From assembly GCA_963703225.1 (NCBI GenBank), contig OY969801.1, positions 2,976,001-3,040,000 of the forward strand: 64,000 nucleotides of DNA, read 5' to 3'. A program made the position numbers and the translations under genes. The notes below the pieces were generated by a model. The model saw only the letters and a program-made list of their open reading frames with translations, did not search any database and was not told the origin of the DNA. Each line of letters begins with the position of its first letter. Positions within the stretch are counted from its first letter, which is position 1. Positions 46,410 to 56,878 of this stretch are shown here, piece after piece. The stretch is from Candidatus Eiseniibacteriota bacterium. Its GTDB lineage: Bacteria > Eisenbacteria > RBG-16-71-46 > SZUA-252.

Positions 46410-46742
46410 CTACATGCTGACTCCCTTGGGGGAGCGTACCGACTGGAAACAGTCGCGGCAATAGACCGGTTTCCCGGGTGTGGGGCGGAACGGGACCTGG
46501 GTCGTGACACCGCAGGAGGAGCAGACCGCTTCGTGGAACTCCCGCGACGACGAGACCGGCGATGGCTGCTGCCCGCCGGCGCCGGCCGAGCCTCCCACAC
46601 GCTTCTTTTCGTCCCTACACCGACGACATCGCGTGGGTTCGTGCTGAAATCCGCGTTCCTTGTAGAACGTTTGCTCGCCCGCGGTAAAAACGAATTCCTC
46701 GCCGCAGTCGCGACACTTCAGAACTTTGTCTTCCACAGCCAT
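46410..46742 (-). CDS. Zinc-ribbon plus CxxC-x17-CxxC domain protein
   Basis: [18 protein letters not shown]...RCRRCR; CSSCG...VPFRP...VYCRDC. Confidence 0.9.
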   Translation of the reverse strand: MAVEDKVLKCRDCGEEFVFTAGEQTFYKERGFQHEPTRCRRCRDEKKRVGGSAGAGGQQPSPVSSSREFHEAVCSSCGVTTQVPFRPTPGKPVYCRDCFQSVRSPKGVSM

Positions 46743-46941
46743 GAAACCTCCGTTACGCCCTCACCGGTCGGAAACGTAAAATCCCCCGGTGGGCGAGGCG
46801 CGCCGGGGGAAACTCTGGAGCAACCGAGGGGTTTGCGGAACGGCCAGGGAAGTGATGGTTCGAAGGGGACGGGATCACTGCATTCCGCTCGTTGCTGCCT
46901 GGATCTCCGCGAGTACGGGGATCTACCCAATGACGTGCATA

Positions 46942-46970
46942 AGTATATAGTCTACTATGACTTGTGTCAA
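46942..46970 (-). promoter_or_regulatory. Near-consensus sigma70 promoter for the zinc-ribbon/csp operon
   Basis: TTGACA-N17-TATACT. Confidence 0.8.
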
Positions 46971-47017
46971 GTGTTTTAAGTCACACAATCGTCATAGGGC
47001 CCTCCGGGAGGGATGAC

Positions 47018-48706
47018 GTGAGCAAGACCCGATCCGCCAAGCGCTGGTCCTTCCTACCGTTCGCCGCGCGTCGGGGTATCGGCGGTCCCGCGGCCTCGGT
47101 CCTCTGGGGAATCACCGCCTTGGCCCTTCTGTGCGCCGGCACGGGACCGCGAGCCGAGGGCGAGGCCGGGCTCGATTCGCTCATCCTATTTCACACGAAT
47201 GACACCCACGCGCGGCTGATGCCCTTCTGGAACGAGGAAGGAGCGCGGGTTGGGGGCGCCGCGGCCCGTGCGGCGCTGCTCGAGCGCGAGAGAGCGAGGG
47301 CGCCGCGCTCGCTCCTGCTCGACGGGGGCGACGTATTCCAGGGCACTCCCTACTTCAATTTCTTCCGCGGCGTGCCCGACTACCGCGCGATGAGCCTCAT
47401 GCACTACGACGCCGGCGCTCTCGGCAATCACGACCTCGACGACGGTCCATCGGCGTGGCTCCGCGCGAGCGCTCATGGCGGATTCGAGATCCTGAGCGCG
47501 AACGTCTTCGTGGCGGCGGAGAGCTCGTGGGCGCGGGGCTTCCAACCCGTGCCCGCCGCCACTCGACGCGGGGCACGGTGGGTGGGAGGAAAGCGCGTCC
47601 CTGACGAAACGCCTCTCCGGTTCCTCACGCGGCCCTACTCGATACGGAAGGTGGGGCGGGACTGGAACGTCGCTCTCTTCGGCCTCACCACCTCGGAGAT
47701 CACGCAAATCGTGGCGGTCCGCCCGAACGGCGGCGTCGCGGTCGCGGACCCGACCGAGGTCGCCAAGCTTCTCGTACCCGAGCTGCGGCGCCAAGCCGAC
47801 CTGGTGATCTGCGTTTCGCACCTGGGAGCGGCGGCCGACCGCGCGCTGGCGGAGCGCGTCCCGGGAATCGACGTGATCGTGGGCGGTCACTCCCACACGC
47901 GGCTCGCCATGCCCATCCTGGTCTCGAACGGGACACCGAACGGTTACCACGGCACGATGATCGCGCAGGCCGGCTCGTGGGGGGAATTCCTCGGCCGTAT
48001 CGCGATCTACATGGAGGGGCGCCGCGCGGTTCGGTGCGCGGGCCGGCTGATTCCCGTCCGGCCTTCCGACGGAGAGGATGCCGGCGTGACGCAACTGCTG
48101 CAGCCCTACGCCGACTCGATCGAGACCTCCATGTCGAAGGCTGTCTTCCGCTCCCCCGCCCGGGTCGCATCAACGGGGCTAAGGCAAGGCGAGACGCCGC
48201 TTGGAAATTTCGTCGCCGATGCCATGCGCGATGCCGTGGGCGCGGACATCGCGATCATCAACTCGGGCGGCATCCGTGCCCCGATCCCCGCGGGCAGCGT
48301 GACCGTGGGCGACATCTACTCCGTGCTTCCGTTCGACAACCATCTCGTCGTCGTGCCGATGCCGGGCTGGCAGGTGAGGGAGCTGCTCGACTTCTCGGGT
48401 CGCAGGATTGGCAAGGGAGGGTTTGGGCAGGTGTCCGGGGTTTCGTTTTTGGTCCGCGGGGACCACGCGGGATATATCCGCGTGGGCGGAAAGCAGCTCG
48501 AGTCCGACCGCGTCTACCGCGTTGTCACGGTCGACTACCTGTTTGACGGCGGCGACGGCTACACCATTTTCGCCAAAACCGCCGGCGCGGAGGAGACTGG
48601 AATCCTGATGCGCGACGCGGCGCTGCGTTTCTTGGCCACGCACCCCAATTATAAGTTCCGCAAGGAAGGGCGCATCGTCTGGGAGGGATCGATGCGGGGT
48701 TTCTGA
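47018..48706 (+). CDS. Bifunctional metallophosphatase/5'-nucleotidase (UshA-like)
   Basis: HTNDTH, DGGDVFQG, GNHD, GGHSH, ETPLGNFVADA, NSGGIR, VLPFDN. Confidence 0.92.
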   Translation: MSKTRSAKRWSFLPFAARRGIGGPAASVLWGITALALLCAGTGPRAEGEAGLDSLILFHTNDTHARLMPFWNEEGARVGGAAARAALLERERARAPRSLLLDGGDVFQGTPYFNFFRGVPDYRAMSLMHYDAGALGNHDLDDGPSAWLRASAHGGFEILSANVFVAAESSWARGFQPVPAATRRGARWVGGKRVPDETPLRFLTRPYSIRKVGRDWNVALFGLTTSEITQIVAVRPNGGVAVADPTEVAKLLVPELRRQADLVICVSHLGAAADRALAERVPGIDVIVGGHSHTRLAMPILVSNGTPNGYHGTMIAQAGSWGEFLGRIAIYMEGRRAVRCAGRLIPVRPSDGEDAGVTQLLQPYADSIETSMSKAVFRSPARVASTGLRQGETPLGNFVADAMRDAVGADIAIINSGGIRAPIPAGSVTVGDIYSVLPFDNHLVVVPMPGWQVRELLDFSGRRIGKGGFGQVSGVSFLVRGDHAGYIRVGGKQLESDRVYRVVTVDYLFDGGDGYTIFAKTAGAEETGILMRDAALRFLATHPNYKFRKEGRIVWEGSMRGF

Positions 48707-48732
48707 TCAGAGGCTCGGACGGCAGGCGGCGA

Positions 48733-50448
48733 TCATCTCCCGCCGTATTCGAGCGCGAAGTTCACGTCACCCAGGCTGGGCGGCACCTCGAGCGGTTCCG
48801 ACTCGGCCCCCAGATATCCCCCCGCCTCGATGCGAAGGCGGTAGCTCCCCCGCGGGAGATTGGGAATGACGTAGGCGCCGGTCGAGTCGGTGAGCGTCGA
48901 CCCTCGCGGGGGCGAATCGCTCGCCGCGACGCGGTTCGAATCGACGCCCCCCGCGGGCTCCCAGGAGACCCGCGCCCCGGCGAGCGGCTCGCGCGTCGCC
49001 TTGTCGCTGACCTTCCCCTCCACCGCCGGGTAGAGGATCGCGTCTCGAACGTTCGGGATGCCCCAGCCGTAGCGGCTATCCGGGAACGCGGCGCGATTGC
49101 CGCTCATCACGAGCGCGTCGCGGACCGCGTCCGGCCCCCAGTCGGGGTGGGCGCTCAACACGATCGCGGCGCACCCCGCGACAAGGGGGGTGGAGTAGGA
49201 CGTCCCGCCGCCGCGGCCGTAGCGATCCCGGGATCGCGCGGTGACGTGCGTGACCCCCGATCCCATCGCGACCAGATCGGGCTTCACGCGGCCGTCCCAG
49301 GTGGGGCCGGTGGAGCTGAAGGCGGCGAGGCTTCCGTTCCAATCCGTTGCCCCAACCGTGATCGCGCCCGGCGCGTCCGCGGGCGGGCTCAACGTCCGCT
49401 CGCGCGGCCCCTCGTTCCCGATCGAGTTGAAGATCAAGAGCCCGCGCTCGAACGCCAGATTGGCCGCGCGGCTGATGAGCGCGGTGACCCCGTCCCGGTC
49501 CTGCGCCGTGTACCACTTGGAGTAGGAGAGCGAGCTGGTCACGACGTCTGCGCCCATCGCCTCCGCCCACTCGATCCCCTCGATCCAGGCGTCCTCCTCG
49601 GATTTCGTCTCCGACCCGATCCGCTCGGTCTTCCCGAGGATGTAGTCGGCTCGATAGGCGGGGCCGACGATGCGCCCCGGGGCGTAGCCCGCGATGATCG
49701 AGAGGACCTGGGTGCCGTGATTGGACTGGGTGAAGACATCCTGACGCGGATCGTAGGCGACGTCGTCGTCGTGGAAGATGAAATCGCGCGTGGCGCGCAC
49801 CTCGAGCTGGTCGAACGCCTCGTGCCCCAGCTCAAATCCTGAGTCGAGCACGCAGACCAACACCCCCTCGCCCCGGTATCCCATCGCATGCGCTTCCGGC
49901 ACGCCGAGCATCTCGAGCTGATGCTCCGCGGGGCCATAGGAGAACTCATCGGCGGAGACCGTCGCGGGGGCGCGCTCCACCTCGAGCACCGCGACCGGAC
50001 GAACGTCGGCGACGAACGGGAGGGCGCGGATCGCCGCCAATGTCTCATCGCCCGCCTCGACGCTGACCGCGTTCGCCCAGCGCGATCGGGCGCGGATCCT
50101 GGCCCCGGTGGCGGCGATGGCGGCGAGGTACGATGCGTCGGGCTCGAGATCGCGCTGATCGACGGTGGGGCGCGAATCGCCTCGCTCCCTTGCCGCCTTC
50201 GCGCGCCGCGCGAGGGCGCGCGGAGAAAGCGATCGCCCGGCCTCGACGAGGGCGGAGTCGAGCGAGGTCGAGCGCCCGTGATCGCGGAGGAAGATCCAGT
50301 GCGCGGTCGGGCCGGCGAAGCCCCCAGCCGGGGCGGCCGCCGGAGTAGTCGCCGGAGTGGCCGCCGGCTCGGCGCGGGGAGCCACCGCGGTCACAGCCGA
50401 GACGAATGCCAGAGCCGCCGCGACCGCAATGATCGGCTTCGCGCGCAC
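48733..50448 (-). CDS. Secreted S8 subtilase with C-terminal carboxypeptidase-regulatory-like domain
   Basis: Catalytic triad VLDSG, NHGTQV, GTSYSTP; KPDLVAMG. Confidence 0.92.
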   Translation of the reverse strand: MRAKPIIAVAAALAFVSAVTAVAPRAEPAATPATTPAAAPAGGFAGPTAHWIFLRDHGRSTSLDSALVEAGRSLSPRALARRAKAARERGDSRPTVDQRDLEPDASYLAAIAATGARIRARSRWANAVSVEAGDETLAAIRALPFVADVRPVAVLEVERAPATVSADEFSYGPAEHQLEMLGVPEAHAMGYRGEGVLVCVLDSGFELGHEAFDQLEVRATRDFIFHDDDVAYDPRQDVFTQSNHGTQVLSIIAGYAPGRIVGPAYRADYILGKTERIGSETKSEEDAWIEGIEWAEAMGADVVTSSLSYSKWYTAQDRDGVTALISRAANLAFERGLLIFNSIGNEGPRERTLSPPADAPGAITVGATDWNGSLAAFSSTGPTWDGRVKPDLVAMGSGVTHVTARSRDRYGRGGGTSYSTPLVAGCAAIVLSAHPDWGPDAVRDALVMSGNRAAFPDSRYGWGIPNVRDAILYPAVEGKVSDKATREPLAGARVSWEPAGGVDSNRVAASDSPPRGSTLTDSTGAYVIPNLPRGSYRLRIEAGGYLGAESEPLEVPPSLGDVNFALEYGGR

Positions 50449-50456
50449 GTCCCGAC

Positions 50457-51828
50457 CTAGAAGGTGTACCGAACCGTGTAGGTAACCTCCGATTCCTTCC
50501 CCGCCGGGACCTTCACATCGAACTCCGCCGAGTCCGCGTCCTTCTTCCGAAAATCGATCGACTTCTGGGTGATCTCCCAGTTGCCGTAGAGGCTCTCGAC
50601 CACGGTGACCACGGCCGGCTTGGCGCCGTGGTTCCTGATCCGGATCCGGAACTGATCCTCGGTGACATTCCGCGACACCCGCGTGTGCGAGACGCGGCTC
50701 CGCTCTCCAATGAGGTCGAAGGCGATCCCGCTCAGGATCTTGACCCGCTCGCCCGCGGCGGTGTGGGGGAGACGATCCTCACCGACCAAGGTCGGGGCCC
50801 CGCCCGCGTCCGCCGCGTAGATCCGCACCCTGCCCTCGGGCAGCGGCACGCCGAGCCCCGAGCCCTTGTCGTTTTCGAACTCGACCTGGACGCGGACCTT
50901 CGATCCGTCGCGGGCGCCGTCGAAGCGGTTGGTGCGCTGGGCGGCCACGCGCGTCGGCGGAACGATCGCCGCCTGCACCGTCCCGAGGAGATCGAGGTCC
51001 ATCGTCCCCGCGATCGGATAGAGGTGATAGGCGAAGAAACCCGACGGTTTGGGCGGGGCGGCGGTCGGGGCCCCCTCGTACGCGGCCCCCCGGTCAATCG
51101 CCTCCCCCTCGCGGTGAACGTCCCCGGCGACGAGCGACACCTTGGCGTCGGCGAACGAGCTGCCCGAGCGATTCACGATCGTGGCCCATCCACTCAGCTC
51201 CACATTCTCCTCTCCCGGGTCGAGGATGGCCGAGTATTCCGCCGTCCAGCCGATACCCGACGCCAGGTACGAAAGGTAGGCCCTTTGTTCGCCCCCCTTC
51301 TCGGAGTCCAGCTCCCACGTGAGGGACGGCCGGGTCTTGAAGCGAAGGCGGGTTGGAAATTCGATCTCGCTGAGCTGCGCCCGGTTGAGCATGGTGAGGA
51401 CCTCGGCCGAATCGCGGCGCTGAATGAAGAGATCGTTCCCTTCGATTCCCGCGAGGACGCCCCGATAGACCTTCCCGCCGTATCGATAGACGATCGTGTC
51501 CCCCAGAAAGCGACGAAAGACGCGATCCCCGTTCCAGAGGTCGTAGCGATACGTCTGCTTGAGGACGCGGAATCCCGAACTTTCCAGGCGGACCGACGTG
51601 GAGTCGATCCGCTGCGGCACCCCCTCCAGCGTTACCTGGCTCACTCCCTTGGGAAGCGTCACGGTCCGGGGCTCCCGGATGAGGGCCGTCTCGTCGTTGT
51701 AGATCACGATCTCGGGCCGCCCGCCCGAGCGGAGTGAGGCATCGCCCCGGGCCGTGGGCGGCGAAGCGAGGGTCGACTAGCATCGCGAGCGCGATCAGGG
51801 TGAGGCCGTCGCGGGCCGGGCGGGGCAT
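50457..51828 (-). CDS. DUF4139-domain protein; signal peptide separated by a +1 indel near 51775
   Basis: IYNDETALIRE, SYLASGIGWTAEY, LGVPLPEGRVRIY, VTYTVRY; ATG 51828 has a GGAGG RBS but is 1 nt out of frame. Confidence 0.8.
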
Positions 51829-51992
51829 GGCACCTCCAGATATTAGGAGCGGCGCGGCGTTCGTGATTCGAGTGATGCCCACGGTACGTTTCCCCCCAGC
51901 CTGGGTCAAGGCGGGCCGAGCGGGGCCACCCGCGCGAGATCGAGAAGGTGCATTCCCCTTCAGTTTTCCCAGGCCCAAGCCGAACTTTCCCT

Positions 51993-52021
51993 TTGACAGG
52001 GTAGGCGCCCGGGTCTACCGT
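51993..52021 (+). promoter_or_regulatory. Putative sigma70 promoter for the second csp gene
   Basis: TTGACA-N17-TACCGT. Confidence 0.65.
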
Positions 52022-52327
52022 GAACGGTGTATTCGGACCGGCTTCGGTCGGCCAAGTTTCGGTTTGCTTTGGAAACCTGCAATGGTGTTGCCTCGCACTC
52101 GTGGTCACGGTTTCAGCGCTGGCACGCGGCATGGTTCAAAGCATTTGACGGTGTCGGAACGCTGAAGCAATCCCAAACAACAGATCGAATCGAACTCCCA
52201 GAGTCGCCCGGGCGCGCCCGTGCGGGGTGGACCCTGTCCACCGACGCGGACGCCTCCGTGTGTCTGGGAAGCACGGCGTGCTATTGGGCTCCAAGAACAC
52301 GCTTCATGAGGGGAGGTGATTTGTACC

Positions 52328-52531
52328 ATGCGTAAACGCGGAACGGTTAAGTGGTTCAACGAGGCCAAGGGCTTCGGCTTCATCCAGCAGGCCGGCGGGG
52401 AGGATGTATTCGTCCATTACTCCGCCATCCAGGGTGACGGCTTCAAGACTCTGGCCGAAGGGCAGGCGGTCGAATTCGAGATCGTCGAGGGTCCCAAGGG
52501 CAAGCAGGCTGCGAACGTAACGGCCGTCTAA
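52328..52531 (+). CDS. Cold-shock protein (CspA family)
   Basis: [15 protein letters not shown]...DVFVHYSAI...[19 protein letters not shown]. Confidence 0.96.
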   Translation: MRKRGTVKWFNEAKGFGFIQQAGGEDVFVHYSAIQGDGFKTLAEGQAVEFEIVEGPKGKQAANVTAV

Positions 52532-52552
52532 GGAAGGCCTTCGTTGAAATGT

Positions 52553-52581
52553 CGCCCCGGCGGGTTCGTCCCGCCGGGGCG
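52553..52581 (+). terminator. Hairpin after csp
   Basis: CGCCCCGGCGGG-TTCGT-CCCGCCGGGGCG, 12-bp stem. Confidence 0.7.
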
Positions 52582-52628
52582 CTCCTGTTTGCGGGGGCAC
52601 AGCCCGAGGTATATAGTTCGCCGCTTCC

Positions 52629-54692
52629 ATGGTCGAGCACCCACAGGACGAGACGGCACACAGCGCGATTCCGGAGCCGCCGCCCGATATCCCTCCGCCG
52701 GAGCATCTCGAACCCCGCTTTGTCACGATCTTGAAGCGGGCCTTCACGTTCGTCATCGGGCCGGCCCGCGCATTGACCGATCCGCACATCTTCCACAAGA
52801 TCTCGCTCGCCGCGTTCCTCGCCTGGGTTGGCCTCGGCGCGGACGGACTCTCGTCGAGCGCCTACGGCCCGGAGGCCGCGTTCCTCGCTCTCCGCGACAA
52901 CACCTTCCTCGCGATTCCGCTGGCCCTCATGACCGCGCTCACCGTCACGATCATCGCGGCCAGCTATACGCACATCATCGAGCGGTTCCCCTCGGGAGGG
53001 GGTGGCTATGTCGTCGCCTCGAAGCTCCTGGGGCCCGTGCCCGGGCTCGTTTCAGGGAGCGCCCTCCTCGTCGACTACGTCTTGACGGTGGCGATTTCGC
53101 TGGCGAGCTGCTCGGACTACGTCTTCAGCCTCTTCCCGCCCGAATTTCAGGGGCTCAAGGTCCTGTTCACTCTGTTCTTGCTCGGCGGGCTGACGATCAT
53201 GAACTTGCGTGGAGTCCGTGAATCGGTGCTCATCGTGGCGCCGATCTTCCTCGTTTTCGTCGTCACTCACGCGGGCGGCCTGATCGCCGGGATCGTTCTG
53301 AGCCACGCACGGATCCCGACCGAGGTGCAATACCTTCGAGATCAGTCGATCCACGCGGTGAGTCAGACCGGCTGGTTTCCGCTCCTCTTCATCCTGTTCC
53401 ACGCGTTCACGTTGGGCGGAGGCACGTACACGGGAATCGAGGCCGTCAGCAACGGCATCCCGATTCTCCGGGAGCCGAAGGCGGAGACAGCCAAGCGGAC
53501 GATGCGCTACATGGCCGTCTCGCTCGCGCTCATCGCCTTCGGGATTCTCGTCTGCTATCTGCTCTATCAGGTCCGGCCGGTGCCCGGACAAACGCTTAAC
53601 GCCGTCCTCTGGAATGCCATCGCGGGACACATCTTTCCGCCGGGGAGCGCGCTCGGCAAGATCGTCGTCACCATCACGCTGCTCTCCGCCGGCGCCCTTC
53701 TCTTTGTCGCCGCGCAAACGGGATTCGTGGACGGACCGCGCGTCCTCTCCAACATGGCCCTCGATCGCTGGGTCCCCTCGCGGTTCGGGAGCCTCTCCGA
53801 GAGGCTCGTCACCGCGAACGGGGTCGCATTGGTCGCGATCTCCGCCGGGGTCGTCGTCCTCGCGACCGGCGGCGCGGTGCACATTCTCGTGGTCCTCTAC
53901 AGCATCAACGTCTTCCTCACCTTCTCCCTCTCCCAACTTTCAATGTGCCGCGACGCGATTCACCTGAAGCGGGAAGGGAAACGATGGGTGGGAGCCCTTT
54001 TCATTAGCATGCTGGGATTCGTCGTGACCGGCTCACTGCTTATCGGCACGGTCGCGTCGAAGTTCCTGGAAGGAGGTTGGGCGACCCTGTTCGCGACGGG
54101 AGCCCTGTGTCTCGGATGCGCGGCGATCCGACGTCATTACGCCCGGACCTCGGTGAGCCTGCGCCGTCTCGACGAGAGCCTCTTGAGCGTGCCGCTCCCG
54201 AGCACCGAACCGACCCAGGCACCGCTCAAGCGGAGCGCGCAGACGGCGATCCTCACGGTGGTTGGGTTCGGCGGGCTGGGCATCCACTCGCTCCTCAACC
54301 TGTTCCGCGTCTTCCCCAACCAGTTCAAGCAGGTCGTGTTCGTGTCGGTGGGGGCCATCGACTCCGGGAGGTTCAAGGGCGGGGACGAAATCGACGCGCT
54401 CCGCGCGAGCACGGAGGCGGAGCTTCAGAAGTACGTCGACTTCGCTCGAAAGTTGGGGCTCCCGGCGGAGTACCGGTACGCGATCGGCACCGACATTGTG
54501 GACGAGCTGGAGCAGCTGATCGTCCAGGTGAGCGAGGATTACCCGCGGTCGGTCTCGTTTGGAGGGCAACTCGTATTCCAGAAGGAGCGCGCGGTGCTTC
54601 GCTGGCTCCACAATCAGACCTGCCCCGCGCTCCAGCGCCGGCTCGCGTTCCACGGCCTTCCGATGATGATCTTGCCGGTGCGGGTCTACTGA
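52629..54692 (+). CDS. APC-superfamily permease, KimA/YdaO-like
   Basis: DGLSSSAYGPE, GGGGY, DYVLTVAIS, TGIEAVSNG; soluble C-terminal domain. Confidence 0.85.
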   Translation: MVEHPQDETAHSAIPEPPPDIPPPEHLEPRFVTILKRAFTFVIGPARALTDPHIFHKISLAAFLAWVGLGADGLSSSAYGPEAAFLALRDNTFLAIPLALMTALTVTIIAASYTHIIERFPSGGGGYVVASKLLGPVPGLVSGSALLVDYVLTVAISLASCSDYVFSLFPPEFQGLKVLFTLFLLGGLTIMNLRGVRESVLIVAPIFLVFVVTHAGGLIAGIVLSHARIPTEVQYLRDQSIHAVSQTGWFPLLFILFHAFTLGGGTYTGIEAVSNGIPILREPKAETAKRTMRYMAVSLALIAFGILVCYLLYQVRPVPGQTLNAVLWNAIAGHIFPPGSALGKIVVTITLLSAGALLFVAAQTGFVDGPRVLSNMALDRWVPSRFGSLSERLVTANGVALVAISAGVVVLATGGAVHILVVLYSINVFLTFSLSQLSMCRDAIHLKREGKRWVGALFISMLGFVVTGSLLIGTVASKFLEGGWATLFATGALCLGCAAIRRHYARTSVSLRRLDESLLSVPLPSTEPTQAPLKRSAQTAILTVVGFGGLGIHSLLNLFRVFPNQFKQVVFVSVGAIDSGRFKGGDEIDALRASTEAELQKYVDFARKLGLPAEYRYAIGTDIVDELEQLIVQVSEDYPRSVSFGGQLVFQKERAVLRWLHNQTCPALQRRLAFHGLPMMILPVRVY

Positions 54693-55127
54693 AGCGGACG
54701 GGACCCGGACAGTTCGCTAGTGGAGGTGGGGACCGGGTCCCGTTCCGGCGATACTCTCCGCGTGGGAGCGCGGCGTCCCGCGAGCCTCATCGTCCCTTCC
54801 AAGGCGCAGTCCCTCGGCTGCTCCCCGGGAGCGACGGCAGCCTCTCGCGCCGCTCCCCCCGTCTCCCCCAGGCTCTTGGGGTCCGCCGTTCCAGCGGGTC
54901 GTGCCGCGCCGAGGCGCGCATGCAGGGTCGCGCCGGCGCCGGCACGGCGATCGATGAGAGCACACGGCGTGCCCGAGTTTCGTCACCACCGTGGGATCGC
55001 GGCGGGCGCAAGTCGATATTCGGCCTTAGAATCAGGTGATGCGAATACCGGTCGGCTTTTGCGGCGCCCAGGGTTCGGGTGTCGGACGTCTGACGATGTC
55101 AACATCCGCACGGCGCGAAGAGGGACG

Positions 55128-55664
55128 ATGGAAACGATCCGACTGAAGACGGAACGGCTGATCCTCATCCCCGCAACGCTCGAAATGCTCCGCGTCGAGC
55201 TGGCCCGGCCGGAGGAATTCGCGCGTCTCCTGGGCGCCGAGGTCGCGAGCCCCTGGCCTCCCCCGCTCAACGACGAGCGGTCGAACCAGTGGGTAGTCCG
55301 TTACCTGGAGCAGAACCCGGATGCGGGCGCCTGGAGCATGTGGTACTACCTGCTTCGTCGGGGATCCGGGCAGGCGCCGATCGCGATCGGGAATGGGGGG
55401 TACAAGGGAGCGCCGTCGCCGGATGGAACGGTCGAGATCGGCTACTCGATCGTCGAGGCCTATCAGCGGAACGGATTCGCCACGGAGGCCGCCGGCGCCC
55501 TGGTCGACTTCGCGTTTCAAGATCCAAACGTGAAACGGGTCATCGCGGAGACGCTGCCGCACCTGATACCGTCGATCCGCGTTCTCATGAAGTGCGGATT
55601 TGCCCTGACCGGGCTAGGCTCCGAAGAGGGCGCCATCCGCTTTGAGCGAAAGAGGAAGGCATAG
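55128..55664 (+). CDS. GNAT acetyltransferase (RimJ/RimL-like)
   Basis: KTERLIL, VEIGYSI, YQRNGFATEA, SIRVLMKCGF. Confidence 0.88.
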   Translation: METIRLKTERLILIPATLEMLRVELARPEEFARLLGAEVASPWPPPLNDERSNQWVVRYLEQNPDAGAWSMWYYLLRRGSGQAPIAIGNGGYKGAPSPDGTVEIGYSIVEAYQRNGFATEAAGALVDFAFQDPNVKRVIAETLPHLIPSIRVLMKCGFALTGLGSEEGAIRFERKRKA

Positions 55665-56105
55665 ATGAGCGAGAAACCCACACCCTTCGTGCGCACCACC
55701 CGACGCTTCGACGTCCCCACCGAGGCTGTGTTCGACGCGTGGCTCGATCCCAAGAAAGTCGCGATGTGGTTTGGGCCCGGAATGGGGGACATGATCCGCG
55801 TCGAGATCGACCCGCGGGTGGGCGGATCGTTTTCGTTCGTGCAACGCCGCGACGGCGAGGATATCGATCACACGGGCCAGTATCTCGAGATGAAGCGGCC
55901 GACCCGTCTCGTATTCACGTGGTCGGTGCCTGCCTACTCCCCCGAAACCGCCCGCGTGATCATCGAGGTATTCCCACTGGACGGCGGGTGCGAAGCGACC
56001 GTGACCCACGAGCTGCGCCCGGAATGGGCTGAGTTCGCCGATCGTGCCGCGGAGTCTTGGTCCAAGATGCTCGACGCGATGGCCGCCGCCATCCGCTCGA
56101 GTTAA
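55665..56105 (+). CDS. SRPBCC/AHSA1-like protein
   Basis: VFDAWLDP, IDPRVGGSF, RPTRLVFTW. Confidence 0.88.
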   Translation: MSEKPTPFVRTTRRFDVPTEAVFDAWLDPKKVAMWFGPGMGDMIRVEIDPRVGGSFSFVQRRDGEDIDHTGQYLEMKRPTRLVFTWSVPAYSPETARVIIEVFPLDGGCEATVTHELRPEWAEFADRAAESWSKMLDAMAAAIRSS

Positions 56106-56131
56106 CCCGGACTATTCGTGAAGGCCTTCGC

Positions 56132-56254
56132 ATGCCCGGCTTTACCACGACACAGTGTGTGCTGTTCACGGAGTTGTTCGACCGGCCGCCGACGGTCGCA
56201 TTGGACGTTCCCAACGCCAGTTCCGACGGCGGCGCCATCCTGCTCAAGGCCGCG
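56132..56254 (+). pseudogene. IS1380-family transposase N-terminal fragment
   Basis: TTQCVLFTELFDRP...ASSDGGAILLKAA; SSDGG is the typical IS1380 N-terminal motif. Confidence 0.72.
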
Positions 56255-56281
56255 GCGGGCCTGCAAGGGTGCGGGGTCGGG

Positions 56282-56878
56282 CTACGTCGTGCGTACTGGG
56301 TAGCGCAGGTGTGTAACGCCGATGCCCGGGGTCACGGTCGGGTTGCCGAGGACGATTGGGGTGCCGGCGAGGTGGTCGAAGAGTCGAATTCCGGAGCCGA
56401 GAAAAACCGCTGCGATGTCGACGTGGATTTCGTCGAGGAGTCCAGCGTTGAGGCATTGCTGGATGGTGTCGGCGCCGTGGACTCCAACGGACTTCCCGGC
56501 AGCTGCGGTCTTGGCTTGGTTGACGGCGGTTTCGATACCGTCGGTGACGAAGTGCACAGTCGAGTTGGGACGTGGCCACCCGTCGGGAATTTTGTGGGTG
56601 AGCACGAATGCCGGTCCCCAGGCGTGGTTTCCGCCCCATCCTTCGGCTTTATCGAAGGTGCGTCGGCCGCTGATCATGGCACCAAGTTCGGATATGAGAC
56701 CGTGAAGGTGGTCGGCGCTCGGCTGCGACACGTGAAACGTCATGGCGTCCGATCCTCCAGTGCGGATTTCAACGTCGCCAGAGGTGAAGTACCAGTCGAA
56801 CACTTCGGCCACCCCATCGTTTAGGTCGGCGACGTAGCCGTCGAGCGACATTGACATGATTGCTACAACTTTCGACAT
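56282..56878 (-). CDS. Dihydrofolate reductase/RibD C-terminal family protein
   Basis: MSMSLDGYVA, GRRTFD, FVLTH, AGLLDEI, LGSGIRLF. Confidence 0.9.
   Translation of the reverse strand: MSKVVAIMSMSLDGYVADLNDGVAEVFDWYFTSGDVEIRTGGSDAMTFHVSQPSADHLHGLISELGAMISGRRTFDKAEGWGGNHAWGPAFVLTHKIPDGWPRPNSTVHFVTDGIETAVNQAKTAAAGKSVGVHGADTIQQCLNAGLLDEIHVDIAAVFLGSGIRLFDHLAGTPIVLGNPTVTPGIGVTHLRYPVRTT

Noticed and set aside
52532..52628. ydaO/c-di-AMP riboswitch before the KimA-like gene
   Set aside because: The gap is under 100 nt and is filled by the csp terminator and a TTGCGG-N17-TATAGT promoter; there is no room for it.
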